NCBI GenBank assembly: GCA_020137815.1 | Contig: CM035360.1 | Coordinates: 5,084,001 to 5,148,000 of the forward strand | DNA: 64,000 bases | Direction: 5' to 3' | Source: Hormiphora californensis | Taxonomy: Eukaryota > Animalia > Ctenophora | Shown: in pieces, positions 1 to 16,661 of the stretch | Position numbering within the stretch: the stretch's first letter is position 1 | Layout of the letters: every line of letters starts with the position of its first letter | Translations under genes and position numbers: made by a program | The notes under the pieces: generated by a model | Seen by the model: only the letters and a program-made list of their open reading frames with translations | Told to the model about the DNA's origin: nothing | Database searches by the model: none

Positions 1-553
1 GTCGATTTTGTACAGTCACTGATTCAAAACGCCCACTTGTAACAATACTGTTTACTATACACCGTGCAAAATATATAACATAGACACCACAATCATGACC
101 ATTTGTTTGTTGTGAACAACACAGATTTTTACACTGAATTCTGATTTTGGTCAAAACTGACAGTTTTTGGATAATTTTCTTGGCATCAGTAGCGTTAAAT
201 GAACTAGCTGTGTCTATATGATAAGCAGTTTGTTTCGATTTAACATAGCATAGCAATGACCAATGTGCCCCCGACAGGGTAGATGACACAGCTCTACTGT
301 CGTTTACAGGGAGCAAGACAACATCAAACTTTTCCAATTCTAGCGGTCCAAACATTTCATTGAGCTGGGTTTCATCTGTCATTTTCATCAATTGCACGAT
401 ACTAGGAGATACAGCAAACGCCTTGGAGCTCGTCTCGTTTAATATTTCGAGAAACAAAGAAATAACACTGTCTGTTAGGAACTCTCTTCCTCCCAGAGAT
501 TTGATATCATCTTGGTAGAGAACTGTATCTCCATACTCTAACTTCACTGACAT
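1..553 (-). CDS. SENP8: NEDD8-specific protease (SENP8/DEN1, Ulp1/C48 family); intronless here, 3' end runs off the window
   Basis: Not in the ORF track. Manual translation from ATG at 553 gives MSVKLEYGDTVLYQDDIKSLGGREFLTDSVISLFLE...VVLLPVND...GAHWSLLCY...YHIDT...QQTNGHDCGVYV. The His/Asp/Cys triad and oxyanion Gln match SENP8 (HWSLL, QQNSYDCG). Confidence 0.9.
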   Translation of the reverse strand, partial: MSVKLEYGDTVLYQDDIKSLGGREFLTDSVISLFLEILNETSSKAFAVSPSIVQLMKMTDETQLNEMFGPLELEKFDVVLLPVNDSRAVSSTLSGAHWSLLCYVKSKQTAYHIDTASSFNATDAKKIIQKLSVLTKIRIQCKNLCCSQQTNGHDCGVYVIYFARCIVNSIVTSGRFESVTVQNR

Positions 554-877
554 GTGTGATGTGCTCTAGAGTGATGACATCCAATTTAAAATTAAATAAT
601 CGTAGTTCGGGTAACAAGCTTGAATGAAACTAAGATATGGCGTCGAATTCGTCGTCATAACAATTTTACACGCTATATCAGCGTTCAGCAGTGCTTGGAA
701 ATTTTTTGAATATGCTACAGACCCCACGCACAGTGCGGGATAAAGCAGCACTTTTCACGACAAAACGATTTTGCCAGGGAAGGCTGACAGAGCTGGGACT
801 CTGGCCCAGCGTGTTCGGGGACTAGTCACTAGAGCGGTAGTTGAAAAGTCAAAAGTGGAAACACAAAAAAGTGACAC

Positions 878-1883
878 AAAAGTTTTTGGATTTCAACTTT
901 TCAAAATTTAAACCGCGAGCGCGCGGCGCTGGATTTTGACGCGCATTTTGATAATGCAGCGTAAAAATATTTTGAAAATTTCTCAACAAATAAAAGTTTA
1001 AAGTCAAGTCGGATTTTTTGAAACTGTCACCCCCCTGAAATAACAAAATTTGCCATATCTCCGGTTCCTGATAAGATAGAGACTTGAAATTTAGAGGTTC
1101 GGAAGAACTTAGCAAGATCTTCGTAACTTCCAAATTTCAAGTCTCTATCTCGTCAGGAACCGGTTTTATGGTCATTTACGAAGTTTGAAAATACCCAGGG
1201 GGGTGACAGTTTCAAAAAATCCGACTTTCCGTTTCAAGCGACTTGACCCGTAATTTTGAAAAGCGCTGCCTTATCCCGCGCTGCGCGTGGCGCAGAACAT
1301 CGGGCCAGCAACGTTTGCCAACCCGTATAAAGTCGAATTTTTTAATCAAGGGACAGGGGCCGCGCATTCAGAGAGGTCGCGCGGCGTTGTATTTGCGCGT
1401 GACAATCGAGATCAAGTTCCTGGCAATCTTAAGACTTGAACCCGGAAGCGTTGGAAAGATAATTTTAAGACCTTTTCAACGCAACCAAGATCAAGTCTTT
1501 ATCTTATCAGGAAGAGGAGTTATGAGCAAAAACATTTAGCACGCGCAAAAAGACTTTGTAAATGCGCGGCCCCCTGTCCCTTGATTAAAAAATTCGACAT
1601 TACTCCATTTTTTTTCAACTGTTCACCCCCAAAGTCGTGCGCGGAATTGTTTTGCGCGTTTATCACATGTTAACGTGTAGCGCGCGCAGCGTAAATTAAA
1701 ATATCGCACGCGCACGAGTTGAGGGGTGAACAGTTGAATAAAAATGGACTTTAATTCTTGGAATTTGGCGCATTGCGCGTGTATTTACAAAGGGGAAATC
1801 CTGAATTTCCAGGAATCTCAGGTCAAGTCGTTTGAAACGCACTTTAGTTGGATTTCCAACAAAACTCAAAGTCAAAAACTTTT
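878..1883. mobile_element. Non-coding foldback/MITE-like element made of nested inverted repeats
   Basis: Approximate inverted pairs: 878-893/1868-1883, 1003-1037/1195-1228, 1061-1092/1132-1163, 1230-1249/1820-1839, 1330-1369/1561-1601, 1603-1630/1723-1749. A related segment occurs near 28960-29005. Confidence 0.65.
1601..1751. mobile_element. ~150-bp MITE, copy 1
   Basis: TIR TCCATTTTTT-TCAACTGTTCACCC / GGGTGAACAGTTGAATAAAAATGGA. A near-identical copy lies at 20851-21001. Confidence 0.8.
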
Positions 1884-2508
1884 TTAATTTTTCCTGTAGC
1901 TTTCAGAGAAGAAGGCAGCCTTCTTCTGATTTCTTCCTGTGGAAATCAGTTTTAGCCAATTAAGGGTCGATTTGGACACCTCCATAACCGAATTAAACCT
2001 CCTTGGTGATATTAATATCTCTATGGACCTCTCATGGACCTCTTCTCTACCGGAAGTTTCATGGGCCTCCGGAGGTCTCCTTGGAGATCCTTTCTGGAGA
2101 TTCGTTTACCACCATTACTTATAGAACCTTTTTGAACAGTGCAGTTCACGAATATTGGCCTAAGAATGCCCATCAAGGTCAATGAATGACTAATTTTGTC
2201 AGGTTATTCAATATTCGCTCTTATCGAATCTGGTTTCAATGCCGGTAAAAATTCCTAACCTTCCTAGGACCTGAGGCATAGCTTTTTGCATGGGTTTCCT
2301 CCCAGGCCCCTCTCTCGGGCCTGTAGCGTAATTATCAAGTAATTCCTTCAAATTACAGAATGAATTACAAGTACTCATTACAAGTACTCATTTCGGCTTT
2401 TCAAATTTCAACAACGTTTCTGGTTCCGTATTCGTCATCGTTTTGCATGTTTTTATTTCCTGTTTGATGACTTTGGGCACTCAATCCTCTAATAAAATCA
2501 TCTATAGA

Positions 2509-2763
2509 ATGCCCGAGGTGACCATCCTGTATTTCGCCCAAGCAGCAGAGCTGGTAGGGTGCAGGCAGGACACCCTCGATCTAGCTGATGGATCACACAC
2601 AGAGAAGAGTTTGATTTCAGCTATCATTGATCAAAAACCTCAGCTAAAGGAAATTGAGACGGATATAGTGCTGGCTTTGAATGAGTCATATATGACGGGG
2701 GACCATGTTGAACTAAATACAGGCGATGAGATTGCTATAATACCTCCTGTTAGTGGGGGATAA
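2509..2763 (+). CDS. MOCS2A: Molybdopterin synthase sulfur carrier subunit (MOCS2A/MoaD), 84 aa
   Basis: MPEVTILYFAQAAELVG...VLALNESY...GDEIAIIPPVSGG*, with the MoaD signature and C-terminal Gly-Gly. The ATG at 2509 is preferred over the TTG start in the ORF track. Confidence 0.95.
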   Translation: MPEVTILYFAQAAELVGCRQDTLDLADGSHTEKSLISAIIDQKPQLKEIETDIVLALNESYMTGDHVELNTGDEIAIIPPVSGG

Positions 2764-2949
2764 CAGATATTTTTAATGTTGTATAGTGTTTTTAACAAGT
2801 TTTTTAATCCATTGTCAACTTTTGTCGTTCACCCATTTTACCATTTTCCAAAAAGTACTGCGGTGTAATAGTTAATACTTTTTGGAAAGTGGTAGGATAA
2901 ATCCTACCGTACACCCACTAACCAGTCCGCCAATACCATATTAGGAGTG

Positions 2950-8098
<5,149 letters not shown>

Positions 8099-9845
8099 AT
8101 AAGGGAGATAGAAGGGAGAGGGAAAAAAGAGGAAAAGAAGAAAGAAAAAGAGAAAAAACAAAAAGAGAGAAAAAGAAGAAGGGAAAAAAAATTGGGGGGA
8201 AAAAGCCCCCTTTTCCCATTCGCCCCGCCCCAGCCGCCCCGGGCCCCCGGGGAACAAAGAGTCCTTTCCGGGAGTGGGGGGCGTAAAAGGGGGGGAAAAC
8301 CCCGTTTGTTTTTTTCCCGTCTCCGGGTTTTTTTGGCCCGGGGGGCCCTTTCTCTTCGCCCTCTCTTTCCCCAGGCACCCAAAATTTTGGTCCCCTTTAA
8401 ATTTTTTGTCTTTTTTCAAATTTGCCTTTTTTTTTTAATTTCTCTGATATCTTGGGTTTTTTTGGGTTTGGTTTTTAATTAAAAAGGTTGGATGTTGGTT
8501 TAAAAAAGGCTGTAATTTTAATTTTAATTTTATTTTTTAATAACTTTTAATCAACTGGAAAAAGTTAGAACATGGAAATTAAAATTGTTCTGTTACTTCC
8601 CCCCCTCCCCCCTATGGGTTTTTACGGAATCTGACGGGGTTACCTGAATAAGGGGTTACCGTCCCCGTTGGTTCCCCTCAATTTGTAGGGGTGTTAAAAA
8701 ATGGGAAGTGCAAAGACGGGGGAAATTTTGGGAGAGAGAAAGAGGAAGAGAAGGAGATAAGAAGAGAGAGGGAAAAGAAGGAGAGATGGAGAGAAGAGAA
8801 CGAAGAGAGGAAGACGAGAAACGAACAACGGACGAGAAGAGAGAAGTGAAGAAGAATAGGAGAGAGAAACGAGATAAGAGAGAGAGGAGAAGAACGAGAG
8901 AAGAGTAGAGAGCTGAGATAAGAGAGAGAGAGAGAGAAGAAGACAGAGACGAGATAGAGACGAGAGACGAGAAGCCGAGTATCCTGATCCAGAGACGATC
9001 TGTGAGAGCAGTGAGAGGCTTGAGAGAGACGAGACCCGTGCAGGTAAGCAGGACCTTATGAGCGACTTAGGAGAGAGATAGACTCCGCTCCGTCTCGCGT
9101 TTTAGAGGGAGAGTCCGCCTTGTCGCTTCGGATCATCTTTGACCGCCCGTACACGTGTCGTACCCCTAGGTACGATGCAAAATATTATTGTTTTCACCAC
9201 CAAAATTATCGGAAGATGCTGTTTTTAAGAATTTGCTCTGTACTCTTTTTAAATTATATCTCTGTAATTATTTTGATATATTTTATTTGGTTGAACCACC
9301 GTGTTTTGGATGTGCCAGGGGAGGGGAAGGCCATGTAGCATGTAGCAAAATTGTTCCTGTGACTGTAAAATACAAAATTTAAATGACACATTTTGTCAAT
9401 AAAACTCGAACTGGAGTAATACTTTCAACCCATTGGGTCACCCCATGGCCAATCATTAAAAGTTACAGTGCAAATGTTACGTGTCCCCCCTCCCCCTCTA
9501 TGTGTAACTTATGTCATCACACATACAGCTGTGTGCATCATCACCATCGTGGCTCATGTGGGATACAACCTTGAGCAGGATCTCCCTTTCCCACACGAGA
9601 GATAAATACAACTGGACGTAACGCGCGATGACATTGAAGTGATGTTTCTCGCGCTGAACCTGCAATTCTGTGGGTTTTCCGGAGAGAATCCGTGGTCATG
9701 TTTTGAGAAGCAATTTCTATTCCGGGAAACACGTTTTACCAAACTAGCACAGTCTCAAATAAAGGAAGCAACTCTATAGAGAAGTTTATTTTTCAAGTTA
9801 GATAAATACAGAGTATAAATACAGTAGAATTCAATTGTCAACATC

Positions 9846-9918
9846 GGCCTTGTGGCGCAATGGTTAGCGCATTGGACTTCTAATTCAAAGGTTGTGGGTT
9901 CGAGTCCCATCAAGGTCA
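9846..9918 (+). tRNA. tRNA-Arg (anticodon TCT), intronless
   Basis: 73-nt cloverleaf: acceptor stem GGCCTTG/CAAGGTC, A box TGGCGCAATGG, anticodon loop CTTCTAA, T loop GGTTCGAGTCC. Confidence 0.95.
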
Positions 9919-9924
9919 TTTTTT
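9919..9924 (+). terminator. RNA polymerase III terminator (T6)
   Basis: TTTTTT immediately follows the tRNA discriminator base. Confidence 0.75.
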
Positions 9925-10380
9925 GCAAATTTTAATTCGACAGTTTGCCATTAGTGCATGACTTTTTATGTTTGGTTGGGTCAACAGCTGCATCAGTAGC
10001 AGCTGATTAGATTTCACTGGCAGTTCAGCTTTAGTTTGTTGAGTAACAAGCTTGAATGCATACTTACTTTTAGAAATAGTCAATAGATTTATGGGTCTAT
10101 AATTGTAGAAAAGAGCACTATGCCTGTGTGAAGTTTCACTGCTTTGTTTCGTGTACACTACACACGTGTGTAGTGTGTACTGGCTATGTTACCAGACCCG
10201 TGATTAAATTATTAGGGGGACAGCTACAGGGGGTATGTAATATGTATATTGTATAATAATAATCCCGGGTAGTGGTACCTCGGCCGCATATAGCCCCGAA
10301 AAATTTTTTTTAGGAATAGGATAGCCCGTTAGCCCGGTATATAAGGGCCTGATTATGGGTTATACGATCGCTATCTGGGC

Positions 10381-10452
10381 CTGTCAGAGCACTGGCCTGA
10401 CCCATTCTCGTGGGAGCGCACGAGAACTGTGGTCAGAGCATTGGCCTGACAG
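10381..10452. mobile_element. 72-bp MITE with CTGTCAG..CTGACAG ends and 8-bp TSD
   Basis: Flanked by ATCTGGGC at 10373-10380 and 10453-10460. The paralogous site near 12790 has a single ATCTGGGC. A second copy lies at 60086-60170. Confidence 0.85.
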
Positions 10453-10581
10453 ATCTGGGCTTTATTACCGGAATACTATTACTTATACAGCTCATAATAT
10501 ATGCTGAAATAGCTTTGCTGAAAATACCTATTTATCCGGGTCATCCGAGCTATCCGAGCTATCCGGGTCATCCGAGCTATC

Positions 10582-10674
10582 CTGTATGGCGCCGCCGACC
10601 CCATCTGAGCGCACTGTCGCGCCTATTTGAGAATCAAATTAGGGTATGGCAGCGCTACCGCCATACTGATACAG
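10582..10674. mobile_element. 93-bp MITE with CTGT..ACAG ends and 8-bp TSD
   Basis: TSD GAGCTATC on both sides; duplicate at 12892-12984; relatives at ~11021-11091 and 60434-60494. Confidence 0.8.
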
Positions 10675-11949
10675 GAGCTATCTGGGTTATCCGAGATTAT
10701 ACATACGTCATACCCCCTATTGTGTTTATAAATTCCCAGAGAGGAGGGCGAGGGGCGAGCTAGATAACAAAATATATCATTTCACACGAGATTTAGTTAC
10801 ATAGTCAGCCGTTTAATTTCTTCTGACACTATTTGTATTCTCTATAGTTTTATTTGAGTATGTTTTGAAATACTAGTTCTGCTGTCAATAAAAAACTTTA
10901 AAAACTTTAAAACTTTTCATTTTCAGAAATTTTCCCATTAAAAAGGGGGGATTCGGGGGGAGATATGGGTTTTGTTCAAAGTGGAGCCGCATATTCAATT
11001 TTTTGCACCTCCCCTTTTTTTGTCTGGGGCCCCGACCCCTCTAGCGCACTGTCTTGTTTTAGAATCAAATGGGGATGGCGCCCCCCTACAGCATTATCAA
11101 TATATATATGGGGTCCGCGGCGCCAGAACGTACAGCTGGACCCTTTTGGCCCGGGTTTGGGGCGGTATATTTTTTTGTGACCGCGCTTATATTTTCATAA
11201 GGTATTTTTTATTTTTGTATATTTATAGACAATACGCCTGCCACTTTCCCGCTCGTTTTAAACTATCAGCAGGCAATTTTAGTTTATTTAACACCCACAG
11301 TATCGATCCACTTTTCCCGACGGGTTAGAATCGTGACGTCATGTGTTACATTTAAAATTTGGATGCTTTTATAAACTTTGATGACGATCAGGGCCGTACG
11401 TACCAATTCAGTCACACTTTTACTGCCTAATTTGACTTTCAATCAGCTGGTCCAAATTTTACAGGGGGGGTGATGTGGTTTCTTATCGAATCGGATCACT
11501 TGGGCAATTTCTCATTTTCCGCATACGGGTTAGACGGGTCGCAACGCCCTTAGACGTGTCTAACGGAACCTTGGACGGGTTTCGGTGAAATCAGCTAAAA
11601 CGGTACCGAAATTGCTGGGGCGGGTTTTTTAAGACGGTTTAGACGGGTTTCTATAGACGGGTTATTAAACGGGTTTAAAGGTGTTGCGGGCCCCCGGGGT
11701 TTTAGACGGTCCGGGCGGACCCCCGATGCATTGGAAATTTATAACTCTCGGCCCCTGAAACCCCCAATTCTTGGGTTTTCCGGAAGAATCCGTTGGGCCC
11801 TGTTTTGAGAAGCAAATTTTTATTTTCCCGGGGAAAAACGTTTGTTTAAATAAACACCTCCCCAAATAAGGGAAACAACTTTCCCCAGAAGTTTTTTTTT
11901 AAATTAGTAAATAAGATAAAAAATACATTTGAATTTTTTGTCCACCGGG

Positions 11950-12031
11950 GGCCCTTTTGGGGGCCCAAAGGGTTTAAACCCTTGGACCTTTTAATTCAAA
12001 AAATTGTGGGGGTTTGGAGTCCCATCAGGTT
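11950..12031 (+). pseudogene. Degraded or mis-sequenced second copy of tRNA-Arg(TCT)
   Basis: Same flanks as 9846-9918. Remnants CTTGGACC, AATTCAAA and GAGTCCCATCAGGT with homopolymer inflation typical of poor consensus. Confidence 0.55.
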
Positions 12032-12423
12032 TATTTTTTTGCAAAATTTTTAATTTTGACAGTTTGCCATTTTAGGACGACTTTTTTTATGTGTGGTTGG
12101 GGGGGAACAGCGGGAACCCCTAGCAACTGATTACCCAGAATTTTACTTGGGAGTTCAACTTTAGTTTTTTGATAACCAACTTTAATACCTACTTACCCCT
12201 TTTTAAAAAAAGTCCAAAAAATTTATTTGGGCTATAAATTTTAGAAAAGAGCACTTTCTTTTTTTTGTGTACACACACCTGTGTTTATGTGTACCCCCCT
12301 CGTTTCCCTTTTAACCCCCTTTCCCCCCCCCCCTTCCCCCCTAACCCGGGGGGGGGGGGGATTTAAAAAAGTAAGGGGGTTTTAAAAATTGTATAATCCC
12401 CCCGGGGAACCCCCGGCCGGATA

Positions 12424-12698
12424 GGGCTGATTATAATCTGGGGGGCCTTGCACCCCGTTTTAAAAGGTGCGCGCTACCAAAAGAGTACACTTAGACCGAC
12501 TTTTTTCAAACGGCTATAGCCACGCAACCACATGGCCAATTTGAGTAAACTAAACGGTATCTGTTAGAGAATCGATAGCCCTAACCGATAACCCCAAACC
12601 AAACCCTAACCAGACCCTAACGGATAGCCCTAACCCGTCGCGCGCGCCAAAACTACGAATTGTTAGCAATGAAAGGCACCCAGATTTTAACGTTTTCC
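12424..12698. mobile_element. Mutator-like MITE with 9-bp TSD and internal CCCTAA repeats
   Basis: TSD GGCCGGATA (12415-12423, 12699-12707); imperfect TIR around TATAATCTGGG/CCCAGATTTTA; empty site GGCCGCATA near 10282. Confidence 0.75.
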
Positions 12699-13155
12699 GG
12701 CCGGATATAGCCCCGAAATTTTTATAGGATAGCCTGTTAGCCCGGTTAACACTCTGGGATATCAGGGCCTGATTATTTGGTATATCGCTATCTGGGCTTG
12801 ATATAATTATATGCTGAAATAGCTTTGCTGAAAATACCTATTTATCCGGGTCATCCGAGCTATCCGAGCTATCCGGGTCATCCGAGCTATCCTGTTTGGC
12901 GCCGCCGACTCCATCTGAGCGCACTGTCGCGCCTATTTGAGAATCAAATTTGGGTATGGCAGCGCTACCGCCATATTGATACAGGAGCTATCTGGGTTAT
13001 CCGAGATTATACATACGTCATACCCCCTATTGTGTTTATAAATTCCCAGAGAGGAGGGCGAGGGGCGAGCTAGATAACAAAATATATCAGTTCACACGAG
13101 ATTTAGTTACATAGTCAGCCGTTTAATTTCTTCTGACACTAGTATAGTATTAGTA

Positions 13156-13475
13156 TCTCTATTATAATTTGGAGATGAACGACGTCGTGATGGCCGTTTG
13201 TTCAGCGGTATCTAAGCGACAGTGCTCCTTCATAAAAACTTGCAATGTGCCCAAAGCTGTATAAGCTGTCATTCACACTTTGGAACTTCCAGTGGAAGTT
13301 TGTTAATATTTTCGAATGACTTTTAACATGCCAGTAAGCCAGTTCCCATAGTTACCATTTCAGTTGCCATAGCAACCGTTTTATAGACGTTGAAAGGGGC
13401 GAAAAGAACCACCCGGCGAAGCCGGGTGGGTTATCAAATAGCCCTTACTTGAGGCGCACCCAATGGGTGCGCTAG
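13156..13475 (+). mobile_element. Non-autonomous Helitron (320 bp)
   Basis: 5' TCTCTATTATAA, 3' CTAG, inserted between A and T with no TSD. GC-rich hairpins CCACCCGGCGAAGCCGGGTGG and GCGCACCCAATGGGTGCGC lie near the 3' end. Empty site A|TTTGAGTATG at ~10852. Confidence 0.8.
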
Positions 13476-13519
13476 TTTGAGTATGTTTTTAAATACAGTT
13501 CTGCTGTTAATACTTAATA

Positions 13520-13691
13520 CAGTCGGACCCCGATTTAGGGACACCCTCGGGGGAAAGGCTCTTGTCCACTAAATCGGGGTGTCCACTAAATCGGGGTCAA
13601 ATAATGTTAATTTCCTATATCGGGGGAAAAAAATCCTGTCCCTAAATCGGGGTGCCACTAAATCGGGGGCCCCTAAATCGGGGTTCGACTG
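13520..13691. mobile_element. Tc1/mariner (pogo-type) MITE, TA TSD
   Basis: TA-CAGTCGGACCCCGATTTAG...CTAAATCGGGGTTCGACTG-TA, with subterminal CTAAATCGGGG repeats; absent from the paralogous copy. Confidence 0.9.
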
Positions 13692-14180
13692 TATAACTTA
13701 ACACATTTGCTTTTACAGAAAAGTTATATCCTCCCAGTAAATCGGGTAGATATCGGGTAGATATGGTCCATGTACAATGTGCGAGCCGCATATTAAAGTT
13801 TTTTGCACCTCAACTTTATCAGATATATATGGGGTCCGCGGCGCCAGACACAGTGCAGCTGCACTGCCGCCAATTTGGCCCGGTTCGGAGAGGCCACTTG
13901 CACTGCAGGCAGTATTTTGTGAGATGCAGCTGTATATTTATCATGTGTATGTTTATGTATATGTTTATGTATATGTTTATAGACAATTACGCACTGCTAA
14001 TCTTGCAGCCCATGTTTACAGACTGCATCAGCATGTGCAATTTTTAGTTTATTATACACTGACAGTATCGATCCAGCTGCCCTGACAGGGTTAGAATCGT
14101 GACGTCATGTGTATACATTAAAATTTGTGTATGCTTGTATAAACTTTGATTGACGAGTGACTCGTAGCTGTATTAGTATA

Positions 14181-14421
14181 CCTTACTCTCGTTAATTAAG
14201 CTCGCATATTTCAAGAAACTTTTAAATAAGAAACTTTTTTTCTAGGAAACTACAGGTGTTAGCAATCCAAAAACAAAAAGAATTTCTCCTTTATCAAGAA
14301 ACTAAACAAGTTAGGGGTGTTCTATTTTGTTGTGGCGTCCCTGAATTGTGTAATTTACATTTTAAAAGTTTCTTATAAAAAAGTTTCTTACTAAAGCGTT
14401 TCTTAAAAAACGAGAGTAAGG
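14181..14421. mobile_element. MITE with TA TSD (Tc1/mariner-like)
   Basis: TA-CCTTACTCTCGTT...AACGAGAGTAAGG-TA; absent from the paralogous copy. Confidence 0.85.
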
Positions 14422-15404
14422 TATGTCATGTTTTATCTGCCGTAATTAGACTTTTTAATCAGCTGGTCCGATTTCAAGTAGACGTGGTGTTTCTTATCGA
14501 AGTCGAGATCACTTGAGCCTCATAACTTGAACTTCTTATACCATCCGTATCTTGTTTCACCAGATTCAAATGCAATATTGGTTATCTATTAGAATTTTAT
14601 CTGCTCAGCCTCAAGCAACAAGCAATAGCATGAAGCATTCCTCACATTTTGAATGCTTGTTACACCACTGACAGCTTCTTTTGACGGGAAAGCTTCTTTT
14701 GACTTGTTCCTTTTAATTTGTTCCTTTTAACTTGTCCCATTTCCACATCCTTATCTATTCTCCAGTTCTTCTTTTTATCACTATGGAAACAGAAGAACTG
14801 AGTTCGAAACAACTTGGAATTCTGCCAAAGATCCAGAAACCCAAAACCAGCTGTGTGCCCAGGACGTGACTTAACATTACACTTCCCTGTCCCAACTCGA
14901 CTCGTGCCCGTCTCGTATTTCGTTCTCATGGCTTATTGGTCAGAAAAATCGCGTGAGAAATTTTCTTCCGGCCGCTCACATATCGCCCTATTTTTGGTGG
15001 TAATCTCATATTGGTGATTTATTAGATAACAGCTGTGCGACCTTATCAATGATGTTTAGGCTCCCTAAATTCTACCTATATTCAATTCTTCCCAAAAATA
15101 CTCATTAAAATTTGCACTCATTAAAATTTGCACCGTTAGTTTTTATTGCTATAATGAGATCACCGTTAGTTTTTATGTGACCTTATTTGATGATGTTTAG
15201 GCTCCCTAAATTCTACATATATTATACCTACATTATATTCTGCCTTGCCTTGTTCGACCCTCCCTCCCCGCGCCCCGCACAAAACAAATTCTGCCCAAAT
15301 AAACTCATTAAAATTTGCACCGTTGGTTTTTTATCTCCCACTTGTTTTGATGAAACAAAGTACGAGGGCTGTTTGTGAATATTATTTTCGTTCTGCAGCT
15401 GCTG

Positions 15405-16029
15405 TGCTCTCTGTCTCTCTGTCTCTCTGTCTCTCTGTCTCTCTGTCTGTTTCTCTGTCTCTCTGTCTGCATGTCTTTCTGTGCCTTTGTCTGTCTCTTT
15501 GTCTGTCTCTCTGTCTCTTTGTCTCTGTCTGTCTCTGTCTGTCTCTCTGTCTCTCTGTCTATCTCTCTGTCTGCCTGTCTTTCTGTCCCTTTGTCTGTCT
15601 CTTTTGTCTTTGTCTGTCTCTGTCTGTCTTTCTGTCTGTCTTTCTGTCTGTCTTTCTGTCTGTCTTTCTGTATGTCTCTGTCTTTCTGTCCCTCTGTCTC
15701 TCTTTCTCTCTGTCTCTCTGTCTCCCTGTCTCCCTGTCTCTCTGTCTCTCTGTCTATCTCTCTGTCTCTCTGTCTATCTCTCTGTCTGCCTGTCTTTCTG
15801 TCCCTTTGTCTGTCTCTTTGTATTTGTCTGTCTCTGTCTGTCTTTTTGTCTGTCTTTCTGTCCTTCTTTCTGCTCTGTCTTTTTCCTGCGTGCTTTCTGT
15901 ATGTCTGGCTGGTTCTCTGTTCTTTTCTGTCTGTCTTTCTGTCCTCTCTCTCTGCTCTCTCTCTCTCTCTCCTCTCTCTCTCCTCCATCTCGCTCTCTCT
16001 CTCCATGTCTCTCTCTCTCTCTCCATGCT

Positions 16030-16084
<55 letters not shown>

Positions 16085-16157
16085 CTCCTCTCTCTCTCGT
16101 CCCTCTCTCTCTCTCTCCTCCTCCTCTCCTCCTCCTCTACTCTCTCTCTTCTCTGTC

Positions 16158-16207
<50 letters not shown>

Positions 16208-16228
16208 GTTCTCCTCCTCTCTCTCTAT

Positions 16229-16268
<40 letters not shown>

Positions 16269-16291
16269 TATCTCTCTCCCTCTCTCTCCTC

Positions 16292-16335
<44 letters not shown>

Positions 16336-16341
16336 TCTATT

Positions 16342-16373
<32 letters not shown>

Positions 16374-16424
16374 ATCTCTCTCTCATTTCTCTCTCTCCGC
16401 TCTCTCTCTCTTCTCTCTCTCTCT

Positions 16425-16472
<48 letters not shown>

Positions 16473-16501
16473 TCTCTCCTCTCTCTCTCTCTCTCTCTCC
16501 T

Positions 16502-16533
<32 letters not shown>

Positions 16534-16661
16534 CTCTCCTCTCTCTCTTCTCTATCTCTCTCCTCTCTCTCTCTCTCGCTGTCTCTCTCTCCTCTCTCTC
16601 TCTCTATCTCTCTCTCTCTCTCCTTCTCTCTCCTCTCGCTCTCTCTCTCTCTCTCGCTCTC
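15405..16661. repeat. ~1.25-kb compound (TCTG)n/(TC)n microsatellite
   Basis: Pyrimidine-rich simple repeat; source of the spurious Ser/Leu ORFs. Confidence 0.95.

Larger units (their letters stand above)
9640..14520 (+). repeat. Tandem segmental duplication containing the tRNA-Arg locus (copy 1 ~9640-11500, copy 2 ~11735-14520)
   Basis: 10495-10830 nearly equals 12805-13140; 10853-11500 resembles 13476-14515; 9640-10180 resembles 11735-12295 (noisy). The copies differ by TE insertions. Confidence 0.85.

Noticed and set aside
1885-2440. Coding-like minus-strand patches between the foldback element and MOCS2A
   Set aside because: Stops in all frames, no recognisable family, no convincing splice sites.
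1-2763. Functional pairing of a ubiquitin-like protease (SENP8) with a Gly-Gly-ended protein (MOCS2A)
   Set aside because: MOCS2A already ends in GG and needs no processing; SENP8 is NEDD8-specific, so adjacency is probably incidental.
10410-13073. Duplicated ORFs containing YPGHPSYPSY
   Set aside because: They cross MITE boundaries and short tandem repeats inside a repeat element.
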